Part shown: one piece after another, positions 9,885 to 20,688 of the stretch
Layout of the letters: every line of letters begins with the position of its first letter
How positions within the stretch are numbered: the first letter of the stretch is position 1
Source of the DNA: an uncultured Clostridia bacterium
GTDB taxonomy: Bacteria; Bacillota; Clostridia; TANB77; CAG-465
Assembly: GCA_944386635.1 (NCBI GenBank)
Contig: CALXBV010000021.1
Coordinates: 293-64,292 of the forward strand
Reading direction: 5' to 3'
Length of the DNA stretch: 64,000 nucleotides
Made by a program: the position numbers and the translations under genes
Notes under the pieces: model-generated
Told to the model about the DNA's origin: nothing
Database searches by the model: none
The model's input: only the letters and a program-made list of their open reading frames with translations

Positions 9885-11096
9885 TTATTGTATTATAAGT
9901 TCATCATATAATTCTAATATAAATCCCCTATCATATCCAATATTATCTAGCTCTTCTTGAGACAAATTATCTACTATTGCAATACTATCACTACTTTGCA
10001 ATATATTTATTGGAACTTCTACATACTCAGCACCATATACCATTAACACATAATGATATCCTTTTTCTTCATTAGTGTAAATTGCATCTATTGGAATTGC
10101 CATTCCAGAAAAAGTATTCCATACTACCTCACATGACAATTTTCTATAATCAATTATATCATCAATTTCATTATCCAATTCAAATAAAGAATAGTTATAT
10201 TCATCAGTTTGAATATTTTTTACTAAATCAGCTCTTATGCTCTTATTTTCTAAATCAGATATTCTAATATTATAGCTATCTCCTTCAATTATATATTGAT
10301 CATCGTCACTTCTTTTAGTCTTTATTAAAAAGTATACATCATAATTATCTACAATTTTTATTCCAAACTCACTATCTATAGTTCCATCATATTTAGTTAT
10401 TATATTCTCGAAATCATCCACATCATACTCTTCAATACTTGCATAATCATATATATTTTCAAGACCATCTATCTTATATGTCACAAGTCCTGAAATTGGA
10501 GCCCAAATAGTATTTGAAGATTCTTTACTCATGGAAACTAGATTCTCTCTTTGACTGACCAAATCACGTATAGCAGAGCTATCTGGTGTCGAATTAGCAA
10601 GTACTGTTATCTTTTTATATGCTAATTCATCCAACTTAGACTTATATTCTTGCATTTTAAGATATGATGTAGTATTCTGTACTTCAATAAAGTACTTTAA
10701 TATTTCATTATCTATGTTAGAAATGTCTGCAGAATAAATCGGTGGCAAATCCTTTACCAAAGTCTGAATTTGTTTATCTATTTGAGCTATTTGATTTTGA
10801 TAATCATCATAACTATCACTTTTATATGTTGCTATAGCCTCATTTTTTGAAGCTCTATTTCCTTGATCCACTATAGCAGTAACAGCTTGAGTTGTATCAT
10901 AATCTACTAAGCTTTCATTTTTTAATACATATAAATTTGTTTCTTGAGACTGTTCAATCGTTCCATTTACAACAGTATAAGTTGTTTTCTTTTTAAAGCT
11001 ATCCTTATTTAAAAATAAAATCAAAAAACAAAAAATAAGTATTATTATAATAATTGTTTTCATGTTAGACTTTAAAAAGTCAATTATTTTACTCAT
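9885..11096 (-). CDS. membrane-anchored coiled-coil protein (possibly HlyD/membrane-fusion-like)
   Basis: 403 aa. N-terminal TM, a central coiled-coil-like region and a beta-rich C-terminus (ISGLVTYKIDGLE). Family assignment is weak. Confidence 0.4.
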   Translation of the reverse strand: MSKIIDFLKSNMKTIIIIILIFCFLILFLNKDSFKKKTTYTVVNGTIEQSQETNLYVLKNESLVDYDTTQAVTAIVDQGNRASKNEAIATYKSDSYDDYQNQIAQIDKQIQTLVKDLPPIYSADISNIDNEILKYFIEVQNTTSYLKMQEYKSKLDELAYKKITVLANSTPDSSAIRDLVSQRENLVSMSKESSNTIWAPISGLVTYKIDGLENIYDYASIEEYDVDDFENIITKYDGTIDSEFGIKIVDNYDVYFLIKTKRSDDDQYIIEGDSYNIRISDLENKSIRADLVKNIQTDEYNYSLFELDNEIDDIIDYRKLSCEVVWNTFSGMAIPIDAIYTNEEKGYHYVLMVYGAEYVEVPINILQSSDSIAIVDNLSQEELDNIGYDRGFILELYDELIIQ

Positions 11097-11113
11097 ATGT
11101 ATCTCCTAGCTAT

Positions 11114-12049
11114 TTATATATAATCAATAATTTCTTTTACTAGTTCTTCTTTTTTCTTACTTCCATCTAGTTTTATAACATTTAACTTGTTATTAAACCA
11201 TGTCATTTGCCTTTTTGCATAATGTCTAGTTTGCTTTTTTAACTCATCTATTGCGTCTTGTAATGTAATCTTACCTTCAAAATATGGGAAAAACTCCTTA
11301 TATCCTATGGCTTGCATACATGTACTATCTTTAGGTAATTTCATATCATATACTTTTTTCGCTTCTTCCACTATTCCATCTTTTACCATTAAATCTACTC
11401 TAAGATTTATTCTATTATATAAATATTCTCTATCTTGTTCAATACAAAACACAATAAATTCATATTTAGGACTACTTTTCTCTAACCTATCCTTTTCTCT
11501 TCTAATATGTTCAGACTTTAAAATATTAGTTTTATGTGCCATTTCTAATGCTCTAATTACTCTTTTAACATTATTCATATGAATTTTTTGAGCAGCCTCT
11601 TTATCTATCTCAATTAGCATGTTATACAAATATTCATTTCCTTTTTTGTCAGCTATATCTTCAAGTTCTTTTCTATAATTCATATCTATCTGTTCATCTT
11701 CAAAGTTCATATCATAAACAACGGCATTAACATATAGTCCTGTCCCGCCAGCAATAATTACCTTTTTTCCTCTTTTTATAATATCTTCAATCTTATCATA
11801 GCACATACGTTTAAAATCTGCAACGCTAAATTTATCCTGAGGATTACATATGTCTATCATATGATGAGTTATTCCTTGTGCTTCCTCTTTTGTAACTTTT
11901 GCAGTACCCACGTCTAATCCTTTATATATTTGCATAGAATCAGCAGATATTATCTCAGCATTTATTTTTTTTGCAAGCTCTATTGCAAGACCTGTTTTTC
12001 CTGAAGCAGTTGGTCCTACTATACAAATTATTTTCTCCACTTTATTCAC
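11114..12049 (-). CDS. miaA: tRNA dimethylallyltransferase
   Basis: 311 aa. P-loop GPTASGKT, SADSMQIYKGLDVGTAK, and mutS-mutL-miaA synteny. Confidence 0.95.
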   Translation of the reverse strand: MNKVEKIICIVGPTASGKTGLAIELAKKINAEIISADSMQIYKGLDVGTAKVTKEEAQGITHHMIDICNPQDKFSVADFKRMCYDKIEDIIKRGKKVIIAGGTGLYVNAVVYDMNFEDEQIDMNYRKELEDIADKKGNEYLYNMLIEIDKEAAQKIHMNNVKRVIRALEMAHKTNILKSEHIRREKDRLEKSSPKYEFIVFCIEQDREYLYNRINLRVDLMVKDGIVEEAKKVYDMKLPKDSTCMQAIGYKEFFPYFEGKITLQDAIDELKKQTRHYAKRQMTWFNNKLNVIKLDGSKKKEELVKEIIDYI

Positions 12050-13999
12050 CTATTTTCTTAAAAATCTTCTTTCTATTTCATATTTGGAAATAGGATAAGC
12101 TGTTGGTCTTCCATGAGGACAAGTAAATGGATTATCTAACTTAACCATTTGATCTATAAGACTTATCTGTTCCTTTGTATCTAGCTTCATATTTCCTTTT
12201 ACTGCAGCTTTACAAGCAAGAGTTGCTAAAAATCTAAACTCTTTTTCTGATTTTTCAGTTTTGCTTGCACCCATCATCTCTTCTATAATATCTCTAAACA
12301 TTGACTTATAGTCTATATCATATCCTATATTTGGCACTCCCGATATTTTTATTGTATCATCACCAAATTCTTCAATCATAAATCCACTTTTTTCAAACAT
12401 TTCTTTATTATTTAATACAATATCCATTTCTTTTGTAGATAATTTTACAAGAATTGGTATAAGTAATAGTTGAGTTTGCCTATCTTTAGAATAATATGCT
12501 TCTTTTATTTGTTCATATAATAATCTTTCATGTGCAGCGTGTTGATCAATTATATACATTTTATCTTCTATTTGGATAATTATATATGTATCAAATACAT
12601 TTCCAATATATTTATATAATATAGGTTCTTTCTCATCTTGTAACATTTCAGGCTTTTCTTCATATGTTTCAGTTTCAAATTTTGGTTTTTCTTCTAACTC
12701 CACTTGCTGTTCTTCAGATTGAGTATCTTGTGAAATATTATCTTGCTTTTCCACATTGTCCACAACTTCATTTTCTTTCTTATTTTCTTCTAATACTTCT
12801 GCATTGATATCTCCAATCTTTTCATTTAAACTTTCTATTAAACTATTACTATTACTTTGTTCAATAGGTTTATTATATAATTTTTTAGTTGCAGCCTCAA
12901 AATCGAACTTTTTCTCTTCTTTTTGAATTACTCCATTATTAATTAAATCTTTTGATATCTGCTCAACCTTTTGCTCTTCCTTTACAATAGAAAAAGGACT
13001 TGTCTCTTTATTATTCTTCTCCAAAGCACTTCTTACAGCATGATATATTATATCAAAAACTTTAGATTCATCAGAAAATTTTACTTCTAATTTTGCTGGA
13101 TGCACGTTAACATCTATATATGCTGGATTCACCTTTAAATCACACACAATAAATGGATGTTTATTTATAGCAAATTTCTGCTCACATGCCTTATCTATTG
13201 CTGTTGATATTGTTTTATCTTTTACATATCTAGTATTTATAAATGTATACTGATGCATTCTTGTAGATCTAGAAATAGAAGGGAGTCCAATCATTCCAGT
13301 AACTCTCATATCATCCATTTCATATTCTATTGGAACTACAGCATTATATATTTCTTTTCCAAATATATCATAAATAGTATCACGTAAATTTCCTGTTCCA
13401 GAAGTCTGAATTATTGTTTTTCCGTTATTTATATATCTAAAGCTTATATAAGGATTAGATAAAGCAATTCTTGTTACGACATCTTCTATATACCCTGCTT
13501 CTGTATAATCTTTCTTTAAAAATTTAAAACGTGCAGGTACATTATAAAAAACATCTCGTATTTCAATTTGTGTACCATCAACAGCTGGCACTTCCTGTTT
13601 TTCAACTATATTTCCAGCTTCAACTCTTACTTTTGTTCCAATATCTTCATTAATATTTTTAGTAGTAAGTGTTATTTTAGATATGGCTGCAACAGATGCT
13701 AGCGCCTCACCTCTAAATCCCATTGATGTTATTCTGCTCAAATCTTCTTCTTTTCTTATTTTACTTGTAGCATGACGCTCAAAAGCTAAATCTATATCAT
13801 CAGCTTTAAACCCAGTTCCATTATCGACAATTTTAATATAGCTAACTCCGCCTTTTCGTATCTCTATACTAATAGAAGTAGCTTTTGCATCTATTGAATT
13901 TTCAACTAGCTCTTTTACTATAGATGCAGGTCTATCCACAACTTCACCAGCAGCTATTTTATTAATTGTTTGTTCATCTAATAATACAATATCTCCCAT
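12050..13999 (-). CDS. mutL: DNA mismatch repair protein MutL
   Basis: 649 aa. N-terminal GHKL ATPase (NKIAAGEVVDRPASIVKELVENSIDA, GFRGEAL) and C-terminal dimerisation domain (QHAAHERLLYE). Confidence 0.95.
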   Translation of the reverse strand: MGDIVLLDEQTINKIAAGEVVDRPASIVKELVENSIDAKATSISIEIRKGGVSYIKIVDNGTGFKADDIDLAFERHATSKIRKEEDLSRITSMGFRGEALASVAAISKITLTTKNINEDIGTKVRVEAGNIVEKQEVPAVDGTQIEIRDVFYNVPARFKFLKKDYTEAGYIEDVVTRIALSNPYISFRYINNGKTIIQTSGTGNLRDTIYDIFGKEIYNAVVPIEYEMDDMRVTGMIGLPSISRSTRMHQYTFINTRYVKDKTISTAIDKACEQKFAINKHPFIVCDLKVNPAYIDVNVHPAKLEVKFSDESKVFDIIYHAVRSALEKNNKETSPFSIVKEEQKVEQISKDLINNGVIQKEEKKFDFEAATKKLYNKPIEQSNSNSLIESLNEKIGDINAEVLEENKKENEVVDNVEKQDNISQDTQSEEQQVELEEKPKFETETYEEKPEMLQDEKEPILYKYIGNVFDTYIIIQIEDKMYIIDQHAAHERLLYEQIKEAYYSKDRQTQLLLIPILVKLSTKEMDIVLNNKEMFEKSGFMIEEFGDDTIKISGVPNIGYDIDYKSMFRDIIEEMMGASKTEKSEKEFRFLATLACKAAVKGNMKLDTKEQISLIDQMVKLDNPFTCPHGRPTAYPISKYEIERRFLRK

Positions 14000-14082
14000 A
14001 GTAATCTCCTTTTTTTCATACTAATTATACTATTTTTTTATGATTTTTACAACAGACAGAAAAAAGCACAATAAATTTGTGC

Positions 14083-16686
14083 TTAATCTAACTTTTCTTT
14101 TAATTTATACAATACTTCCAAAGCATCTTTTGGTGTTAACTCATCTAAATCAATTTTTTCAAGCATACTTGTTACTTCTGCCATTTTATAATTAAACATA
14201 TCTACTTGCACTTCTTCTGTAGTTATTTTTTTCCTTTTTTCATCAATTGTCTTTTTAGCTAAATCTACATTTTCAAGATATTTTAGAATTTCTTTTGCAC
14301 GTGATATAACGCTCTTTTTGATTCCTGCTAACTTTGCAACATATATACCATATGACTCATCTGCTCCACCAGGCTTTATTTTCCTTAAGAAAATAACGTC
14401 ATCTCCTTTTTCCTTTACTTCAACTGAATAATTTTTTACTCCGTCTATTTTCTTTTCAAGTTCAATGAGTTCATGATAATGTGTTGCAAATAATGTTTTT
14501 GCACCTATTTTTTCTTTATCTGCAATATATTCAACTGTAGCCCATGCAATTGCTAGCCCATCATATGTTGATGTACCTCTTCCTATCTCATCTAATATTA
14601 CTAAACTATTTCTTGTAGCATTCTCTAAAATATTAGACAACTCTTGCATCTCAACCATAAATGTAGATTGTCCCATAGCCAGATCATCTGATGCGCCAAT
14701 TCTTGTAAATATTCTATCAACAATAGATATCTTAGCACTATCGGCAGATACAAAGCATCCAAGCTGTGCCATATACACAATCAGTGCTACCTGTCTCATA
14801 TACGTAGATTTACCAGCCATATTAGGTCCTGTTATTATTAAGAATCTATCATTATCATTACTTAAGTATGAATCGTTTGGTATAAATTGCTCATCTTTTA
14901 ATGCTTTTTCAACAACAGCATGTCTACCGTTTTTTATATCAATAATACCATCTTCTGTAATTTCAGGTTTTACATATTTATTATTTACAGCAACTGTTGC
15001 AAATGAACATAGAACATCTAATATTGACAAAATAGATGCTGTTTTTTGTATTCTTATTACTTGCTGTGCAACTTCTTCTCTTATCTTACAAAATAAATCA
15101 TATTCAACATCAACAAGTTTTTCCTTTGCTCCAAGTATTTTTTCTTCTATCTCTTTTAACTCTTCTGTTACATACCTTTCAGCTCCTGCAAGTGTTTGCT
15201 TACGAATATATCTATCTTCTGGTACTTGGTTTTTGTATGCGTTTGTTACCTCAATATAATATCCAAATACTCTATTATATCCAATTCTTAGCCACTTTCC
15301 TTTTATTCCTGTACGTTCTTTTTCTTTAGCTTCAAGTTCCATTAGCCAATCTTGTCCTTTAGAAGAAGCTAGCCTATATTCATCTACTTGCTTACTAAAT
15401 CCATCTTTGATTATTCCGCCTTCTTTTATAGTAACACTGGCATCTTCTATAATAGCTTTATCTATAAGTGTGTATACATCTTCTAATGTATCAATTGAAC
15501 TTAAAAATTCGCTAAAATAATTATCCTTTGTTTCACTTACAATTTTTCCTAGCAATTTCTTCAAGTCAGGTAATTTCATTAGTGAATTTTTAAGCGATAT
15601 CATTTCTCTTGCATTTACACTTCCACCTACAACTTTAGATATTAATCTTTCAATATCATATACAGACTTTAGTATCTCTTGTAACTCATCTCTATATATA
15701 TTATTTTTATACAATACGTCTACTGCATCTTGTCTTTTTTTAATTTCATTTATATTTAATAATGGTGACTCTAGCCAATGTCTTAGTGCTCTTCCCCCCA
15801 TTGCAGTTACAGTCTCATCCAATACCCATAAAAGACTTCCCTTCTTGGTCTTTTCTCTGTTTGCTTCTAATATTTCAAGATTTTTACGTGTTGTAGTATC
15901 TAATTGCATATACTTTTCAATCTCATATTTCTCTATATTATTTATTTGCTCAACTGAACCTTTTTGTGTCTCTTCTATATAATTTAATAATAGAGTTGCA
16001 GCAGCATTTTCTATTTGGCTTAATTGTATATCTTTATTTGTCATTATTTTGGATAATAATTCATTTTTTGAATCATTATTATATTTAGATATATATATAT
16101 TAAAAATTTTATTAATCTCTTTTAAAAATATAGCATTTTCTTTAGTATTATCAGATAAAATTATCTCAGATGGAGCGATTCTAGAGATCTCATTTAATAT
16201 TTTTGTATTTACATCTACTCCTTTAATACTAGAAATAAAAAACTCTCCTGTTGATATGTCACAAAATGAAATTGCACACTCTTTTTTTTCCATGTATATA
16301 CATGCAATGTAATTATTTTTCTTTTCATCCAACATTGTTAAATCTGTTATAGTTCCTGGAGTCACTATTTTAACAACATCTCTTTTTACAATACCTTTTG
16401 CATAACGAGGATCTTCTAGTTGCTCACAAATAGCTACTTTATATCCTTTCTCAATAAGTTTAGGAATATATGTATTTATTGCGTGATGTGGAATTCCACA
16501 CATTGGAGCTCTCTCCTCAAGTCCACAATCTTTACCTGTTAAAGTCAACTCCAACTCTTTACTAACAGTTATAGCATCATCAAAAAACATTTCATAAAAA
16601 TCACCAAGTCTATAAAATAAAATACAATCTTTATACTTTGCTTTTGTATCCAAATAATTTTGCATCATTGGTGTAACTGTTGCCAT
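14083..16686 (-). CDS. mutS: DNA mismatch repair protein MutS
   Basis: 867 aa. TPMMQQY-like N-terminus, Walker A GPNMAGKST, DEIGRGTSTYDG. Confidence 0.95.
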   Translation of the reverse strand: MATVTPMMQNYLDTKAKYKDCILFYRLGDFYEMFFDDAITVSKELELTLTGKDCGLEERAPMCGIPHHAINTYIPKLIEKGYKVAICEQLEDPRYAKGIVKRDVVKIVTPGTITDLTMLDEKKNNYIACIYMEKKECAISFCDISTGEFFISSIKGVDVNTKILNEISRIAPSEIILSDNTKENAIFLKEINKIFNIYISKYNNDSKNELLSKIMTNKDIQLSQIENAAATLLLNYIEETQKGSVEQINNIEKYEIEKYMQLDTTTRKNLEILEANREKTKKGSLLWVLDETVTAMGGRALRHWLESPLLNINEIKKRQDAVDVLYKNNIYRDELQEILKSVYDIERLISKVVGGSVNAREMISLKNSLMKLPDLKKLLGKIVSETKDNYFSEFLSSIDTLEDVYTLIDKAIIEDASVTIKEGGIIKDGFSKQVDEYRLASSKGQDWLMELEAKEKERTGIKGKWLRIGYNRVFGYYIEVTNAYKNQVPEDRYIRKQTLAGAERYVTEELKEIEEKILGAKEKLVDVEYDLFCKIREEVAQQVIRIQKTASILSILDVLCSFATVAVNNKYVKPEITEDGIIDIKNGRHAVVEKALKDEQFIPNDSYLSNDNDRFLIITGPNMAGKSTYMRQVALIVYMAQLGCFVSADSAKISIVDRIFTRIGASDDLAMGQSTFMVEMQELSNILENATRNSLVILDEIGRGTSTYDGLAIAWATVEYIADKEKIGAKTLFATHYHELIELEKKIDGVKNYSVEVKEKGDDVIFLRKIKPGGADESYGIYVAKLAGIKKSVISRAKEILKYLENVDLAKKTIDEKRKKITTEEVQVDMFNYKMAEVTSMLEKIDLDELTPKDALEVLYKLKEKLD

Positions 16687-16756
16687 TATTTTGCCCCCTT
16701 AAAACAAATTAATTATATCAAAAAATGTAGAAAAAATCAATAAAATATAATACTCA

Positions 16757-16790
16757 GTAAAAAAGAAAGACTGAAAAATATTCAGTCTTT
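16757..16790 (-). terminator. intrinsic terminator after the small zinc-ribbon gene
   Basis: On the minus strand, AAAGACTGAA-TATTT-TTCAGTCTTT is followed by CTTTTTT. Confidence 0.7.
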
Positions 16791-16941
16791 ACGCATTATT
16801 TTTATTAGCTTTTCTTGCATCTCTGCAGGCTTTACATCTAACAGGATCTGAAAATCCTTTTTGACTATAAAACTCTTGTTCTCCAGCTGTAAAAACAAAT
16901 TCATTTTCACAGTCTTTGCAAACAATTTTTTTATCTTCCAT
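16789..16941 (-). CDS. small zinc-ribbon protein (50 aa), missing from the ORF track
   Basis: Own translation: MEDKKIVCKDCENEFVFTAGEQEFYSQKGFSDPVRCKACRDARKANKNNA. Contains CxxC...CxxC. AAGGAGG RBS and its own terminator. Confidence 0.7.
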   Translation of the reverse strand: MEDKKIVCKDCENEFVFTAGEQEFYSQKGFSDPVRCKACRDARKANKNNA

Positions 16942-17203
16942 AATTTACCTCCTTTAAGAAATTTGTTATTATACTTTTTTAAATCTTCTTTAAAATATAG
17001 TTTTCTTAAAGGATATTTAAAACTTTCTAATTAACATACACAAATTATATAACAGATATATCAAAATATCAACAATTATATTGACTACTATTGTATAATC
17101 TAAATAAATTAATTATTATTTTTAATTTTTTCATAATTTTTGTTATCTTTTATATTTTTTCTCGTTATATTAAATGTAAAGTTTATTTATGGAAGGAGGA
17201 GTT

Positions 17204-17728
17204 ATGAGTATTGAATATTTAGTGCAAAAGTATACAAATTTAATATATAAAATATGTTATGATATGCTCAATTCTTCTCCTGACGCACAAGACTTATCTC
17301 AAGAAGTATTTTTAAGTTTTTATTTACATTTAGATGAATATATAAATTTACCTGAAAAAGAGATAAAAAATATACTTTGTAAAATTGCACTTAACAAATG
17401 TAAAGACTTTCTAAAAAGCAAATCATATAAGTTAAAACTACTTACAAATGATGATAGTACAGAATTAGAGAAATATGAAGAAAATAATAATATACTTGAA
17501 GAAATAATAAAAAAGGAAGAACAAAATTATATTCAAAAAATAATAAATGGACTTAAGGAACCATACAATAATATTCTGTGTCTATATTATTTAAAAAGTT
17601 TTACCTTGGATGAAATTAGTGTTAAATTAAATATAGCAAAGCCTACTTTAAAAGTACAACTTTATAGAGGAAAAAAACTATTAAAAAATACACTTGAAAT
17701 TAATGATGGAGGTGGTTATATATCATGA
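17204..17728 (+). CDS. ECF-type RNA polymerase sigma factor
   Basis: Region 2 (AQDLSQEVFLSFY) and region 4 HTH (FTLDEISVKLNIAKPTLKVQLYRGKKLL). Start placed at the ATG at 17204, behind GGAGGAG. Confidence 0.8.
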   Translation: MSIEYLVQKYTNLIYKICYDMLNSSPDAQDLSQEVFLSFYLHLDEYINLPEKEIKNILCKIALNKCKDFLKSKSYKLKLLTNDDSTELEKYEENNNILEEIIKKEEQNYIQKIINGLKEPYNNILCLYYLKSFTLDEISVKLNIAKPTLKVQLYRGKKLLKNTLEINDGGGYIS

Positions 17729-18135
17729 AAAATTTAAAAGAAGAAAATGAACAATTAGACATACTAAATACAATTTTAAATAATGATAATGCTTTTAATA
17801 CTTATATAAACAGCATCGAAAAAGATATTGATATAAAAACACCAGATAATTTAGAAAACAACATCCTAAGCTATATAAATAATAGCAAAGCAAAAACGAT
17901 AGAAAAAACAAAGTCTAAAATTAAAAAGTTTAAGCCAATTGATATATTAAAAATTGCTGCGTGTACTATACTTTCTGTTTTATTATGGCAAACTATGTCA
18001 CTGCCACCAGAAAGTGTTATGGCTAATAATGAAGAGCCAAAAACATACTTTACCATTAACACAAGTGATTTTTATAGGAAGATAAATCAATTTATGTTTA
18101 AACAAATAAATATAGAAAGGGGAGAAAATCAATGA
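17725..18135 (+). CDS. putative anti-sigma factor (single TM)
   Basis: ATGA overlap with the sigma gene. 136 aa with one TM segment (ILKIAACTILSVLLW). Confidence 0.5.
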   Translation: MKNLKEENEQLDILNTILNNDNAFNTYINSIEKDIDIKTPDNLENNILSYINNSKAKTIEKTKSKIKKFKPIDILKIAACTILSVLLWQTMSLPPESVMANNEEPKTYFTINTSDFYRKINQFMFKQINIERGENQ

Positions 18136-18629
18136 AGAAAAATATATTTTTAACATTTTGCTTTAGTTTTATACCAGGTGCTGGTCAAATGTACCAAGGA
18201 TATATGAAAAGAGGTTTATCTATACTAATATTATTCTCTGCTTTTGCCGCAATATTCGGCACTATTTCAATTCCTCTTTTTATAATACCATTACCAGTTA
18301 TATACATCTATAGTTTCTTTGATACATTTTATATTAGAAATTCTTTTTCAAAAGAGGAAAAAATTGAAGATAAATTTATATGGAATGATATGAATTTAGA
18401 TTCAATTCAAAAATCTCTTAATATTTCTAACAATAAGAAACTTATAGGAATTATCCTTATATTTGTCGGACTATATATTATAATTTCAAATATCTTACCT
18501 CAATTATTTTATGACTTAGATTTAAAAATATTTAGTAACATATTATATACACTAAGCTCATATATAACTCCTATTGCTATTGCAGCTTTATCTATAGTTA
18601 TTGGAGTTAAATTAATAGGTAAAAAATAA
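18132..18629 (+). CDS. integral membrane protein
   Basis: 165 aa, four predicted TM segments, ATGA overlap with the upstream gene. Confidence 0.6.
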   Translation: MKKNIFLTFCFSFIPGAGQMYQGYMKRGLSILILFSAFAAIFGTISIPLFIIPLPVIYIYSFFDTFYIRNSFSKEEKIEDKFIWNDMNLDSIQKSLNISNNKKLIGIILIFVGLYIIISNILPQLFYDLDLKIFSNILYTLSSYITPIAIAALSIVIGVKLIGKK

Positions 18630-18644
18630 TAGGAGGTTAGTTCA

Positions 18645-19304
18645 ATGGAAAATAAAAAAACAAAAATAATTGGTAGAATTACTTTTGGAATTGCTTTAGT
18701 TTTATTTGGTATATCTTTAGTTGTTCAAACATTATTTACCATAGATATATTAAGATATGTATTAATGCTATGGCCACTTATAATAATATCAATCGGAATA
18801 GAAATTATATACTACTCTAATAAAAGTGATGTTGAAATAAAATATGATTTTCTAGGAATCATTCTTACAGGTCTTATAATATTCTTTGGAATAATATTTA
18901 GTTTATTTAACTATGGAATTAATAAAATATTATATAATGATGATGTAAAAGAATATCTTCAGCAATCCAGCGAAGATTATATAAATTATACTTTTGATTC
19001 TAACTTAGCAATTACAAATATGGACGAAACACCAGTTAACATTCATATAATTGAAGATTCAGAATACCATGAAACAAAAGTAGTAATAAAATATAATAAA
19101 AAAGCAAAAGAAACAGATAATATACTAGAGCTATTTGAAAATGGTGACTCTTTATATAATTATGTTGATGTAGATAATTTAGATTCTGACATAGCAACAC
19201 TAGAGATTTTAGATATTCCTAATACATTTGAAAATGTAGAAATAGTAATTCATACTAGTTCAAAAGACAACATATCTTTAAATGGCAGTTTCAATAATCT
19301 TTAA
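18645..19304 (+). CDS. integral membrane protein with a soluble C-terminal domain
   Basis: 219 aa. AGGAGG RBS, four N-terminal TM segments. Last gene of the ECF cluster. Confidence 0.6.
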   Translation: MENKKTKIIGRITFGIALVLFGISLVVQTLFTIDILRYVLMLWPLIIISIGIEIIYYSNKSDVEIKYDFLGIILTGLIIFFGIIFSLFNYGINKILYNDDVKEYLQQSSEDYINYTFDSNLAITNMDETPVNIHIIEDSEYHETKVVIKYNKKAKETDNILELFENGDSLYNYVDVDNLDSDIATLEILDIPNTFENVEIVIHTSSKDNISLNGSFNNL

Positions 19305-19342
19305 CTATACAAAAAGGTAAGCACATGCTTACCTTTTATTTT

Positions 19343-19828
19343 TTATAATATAAAATTTACTATTACCATTGTAGAAATAACAGCTGCCAAATCTCCTATT
19401 AACCCTGCTATAACAACTATTTTCATATCTTTTATCTTAACTTTGCTAGATAAAATAGATATAACATATAATGTAGTTTCAGTAGATGCCATAAGTATAG
19501 ATGCCACCATTCCAATAAAAGTATCTGGTCCAATATTTTTAAAAATATCTACTACTATTGATGTCGACGCTCCTCCAGATAAAGGTTTCATAAGTATTAA
19601 CGGTAATAAGTTCCCAGTTATTCCAAAAATAGAAATGTTCTCTAATATTTTTGTGTCATTTATAAGACCTGCTATTATAGTTATTGCAAAAATATATGGA
19701 AATATATTATATACAGTTTTTACGCCGTCTTTTGCTCCTTCTATAAATAATGAATATACATTCTTTTTTTCAAATATTCCAACTAATATAATTATTAAAA
19801 TGAATATAGGAACAATATAATTACTCAT
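19343..19828 (-). CDS. spmB: spore maturation protein B
   Basis: 161 aa. Polytopic nucleoside-recognition-type membrane protein overlapping spmA. Confidence 0.75.
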   Translation of the reverse strand: MSNYIVPIFILIIILVGIFEKKNVYSLFIEGAKDGVKTVYNIFPYIFAITIIAGLINDTKILENISIFGITGNLLPLILMKPLSGGASTSIVVDIFKNIGPDTFIGMVASILMASTETTLYVISILSSKVKIKDMKIVVIAGLIGDLAAVISTMVIVNFIL

Positions 19829-20396
19829 AAAATCTCCATAATATTTTTAATGCCACAAAAGCAATTATTAACGATATAAAAGATACACATATAACTGGTA
19901 ATATAATTTCACTTGGATTTTGTGAATTATACAATGTACGTAAAGATATCATACTAGTTGGAATTATCTGCATTGATGCTGTATTTAAAACTATAAACGT
20001 TGCCATAGATCTATTTAATCTTTTCTTATCTTTGTTACTATTTTGCAATTCTTCTATTCCTTTTAGACTATTAACTGTTGCTGCATTTCCTACTCCCATT
20101 AAATTAGAAGCTATATTTAAACTTATATATTCTTTTGCCTTATCACTTACCTCATCCTTTTTAAATAAAAAAGATACTAAACTATATAATTTTTTAGAAG
20201 CTTTACTTAAAATATTACAATTAGATAATATATTAAACATACCACTCCAAAATATTAACATACTAGCAATTACAAATATATTTTCTATTGCTCCTTTTGA
20301 ACTGTTAGAAATTGATTCAACTACAACTTCAGGACTTAAAAATATACATGAAAAAATTATACATATTATTAAAAAAGCAGACCAAATAAAAGACAT
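19821..20396 (-). CDS. spmA: spore maturation protein A
   Basis: Start placed at the ATG at 20396, behind GAGGTG (MSFIWSAFLI...). Gate-domain membrane protein. Confidence 0.75.
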   Translation of the reverse strand: MSFIWSAFLIICIIFSCIFLSPEVVVESISNSSKGAIENIFVIASMLIFWSGMFNILSNCNILSKASKKLYSLVSFLFKKDEVSDKAKEYISLNIASNLMGVGNAATVNSLKGIEELQNSNKDKKRLNRSMATFIVLNTASMQIIPTSMISLRTLYNSQNPSEIILPVICVSFISLIIAFVALKILWRFYE

Positions 20397-20688
20397 ATAA
20401 CACCTCATTAAATTATATGTGCTATACTTTGTTCTATTCAATCTTATAATTGAAAATTATTAGTTAAATATATAAAACGAAGAAAGACCTATTTTTTGAT
20501 GTTGGTATTTTTTTCCCATTTTATATCCTTGTAAAAAATAGATTTATTCTACTAAATCGTCCCAAAATATTAAGCAATATTGATATAGAAGAATTTAAAA
20601 AATCTAATAAAATCTTATTTGAAATAGCTTTAAAACATATAATTATAAATAGCAATAAAGGAAGTGAAAATCACTTCCTTTATATTTA

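Noticed and set aside
11097-11113. hfq expected downstream of miaA, following the common mutS-mutL-miaA-hfq order in Firmicutes.
   Set aside because: No Sm-like ORF exists here or elsewhere in the window. Absence from a 64-kb window says nothing about the genome.
20462-20686. A start-less plus-strand open frame (…FFDVGIFFPFYILVKNRFILLNRPKILSNIDIEEFKKSNKILFEIALKHIIINSNKGSENHFLYIY-stop) between spmA and the GNAT gene.
   Set aside because: It has no ATG, GTG or TTG and no RBS, and no family is recognised. It may be a gene remnant, but this cannot be supported.
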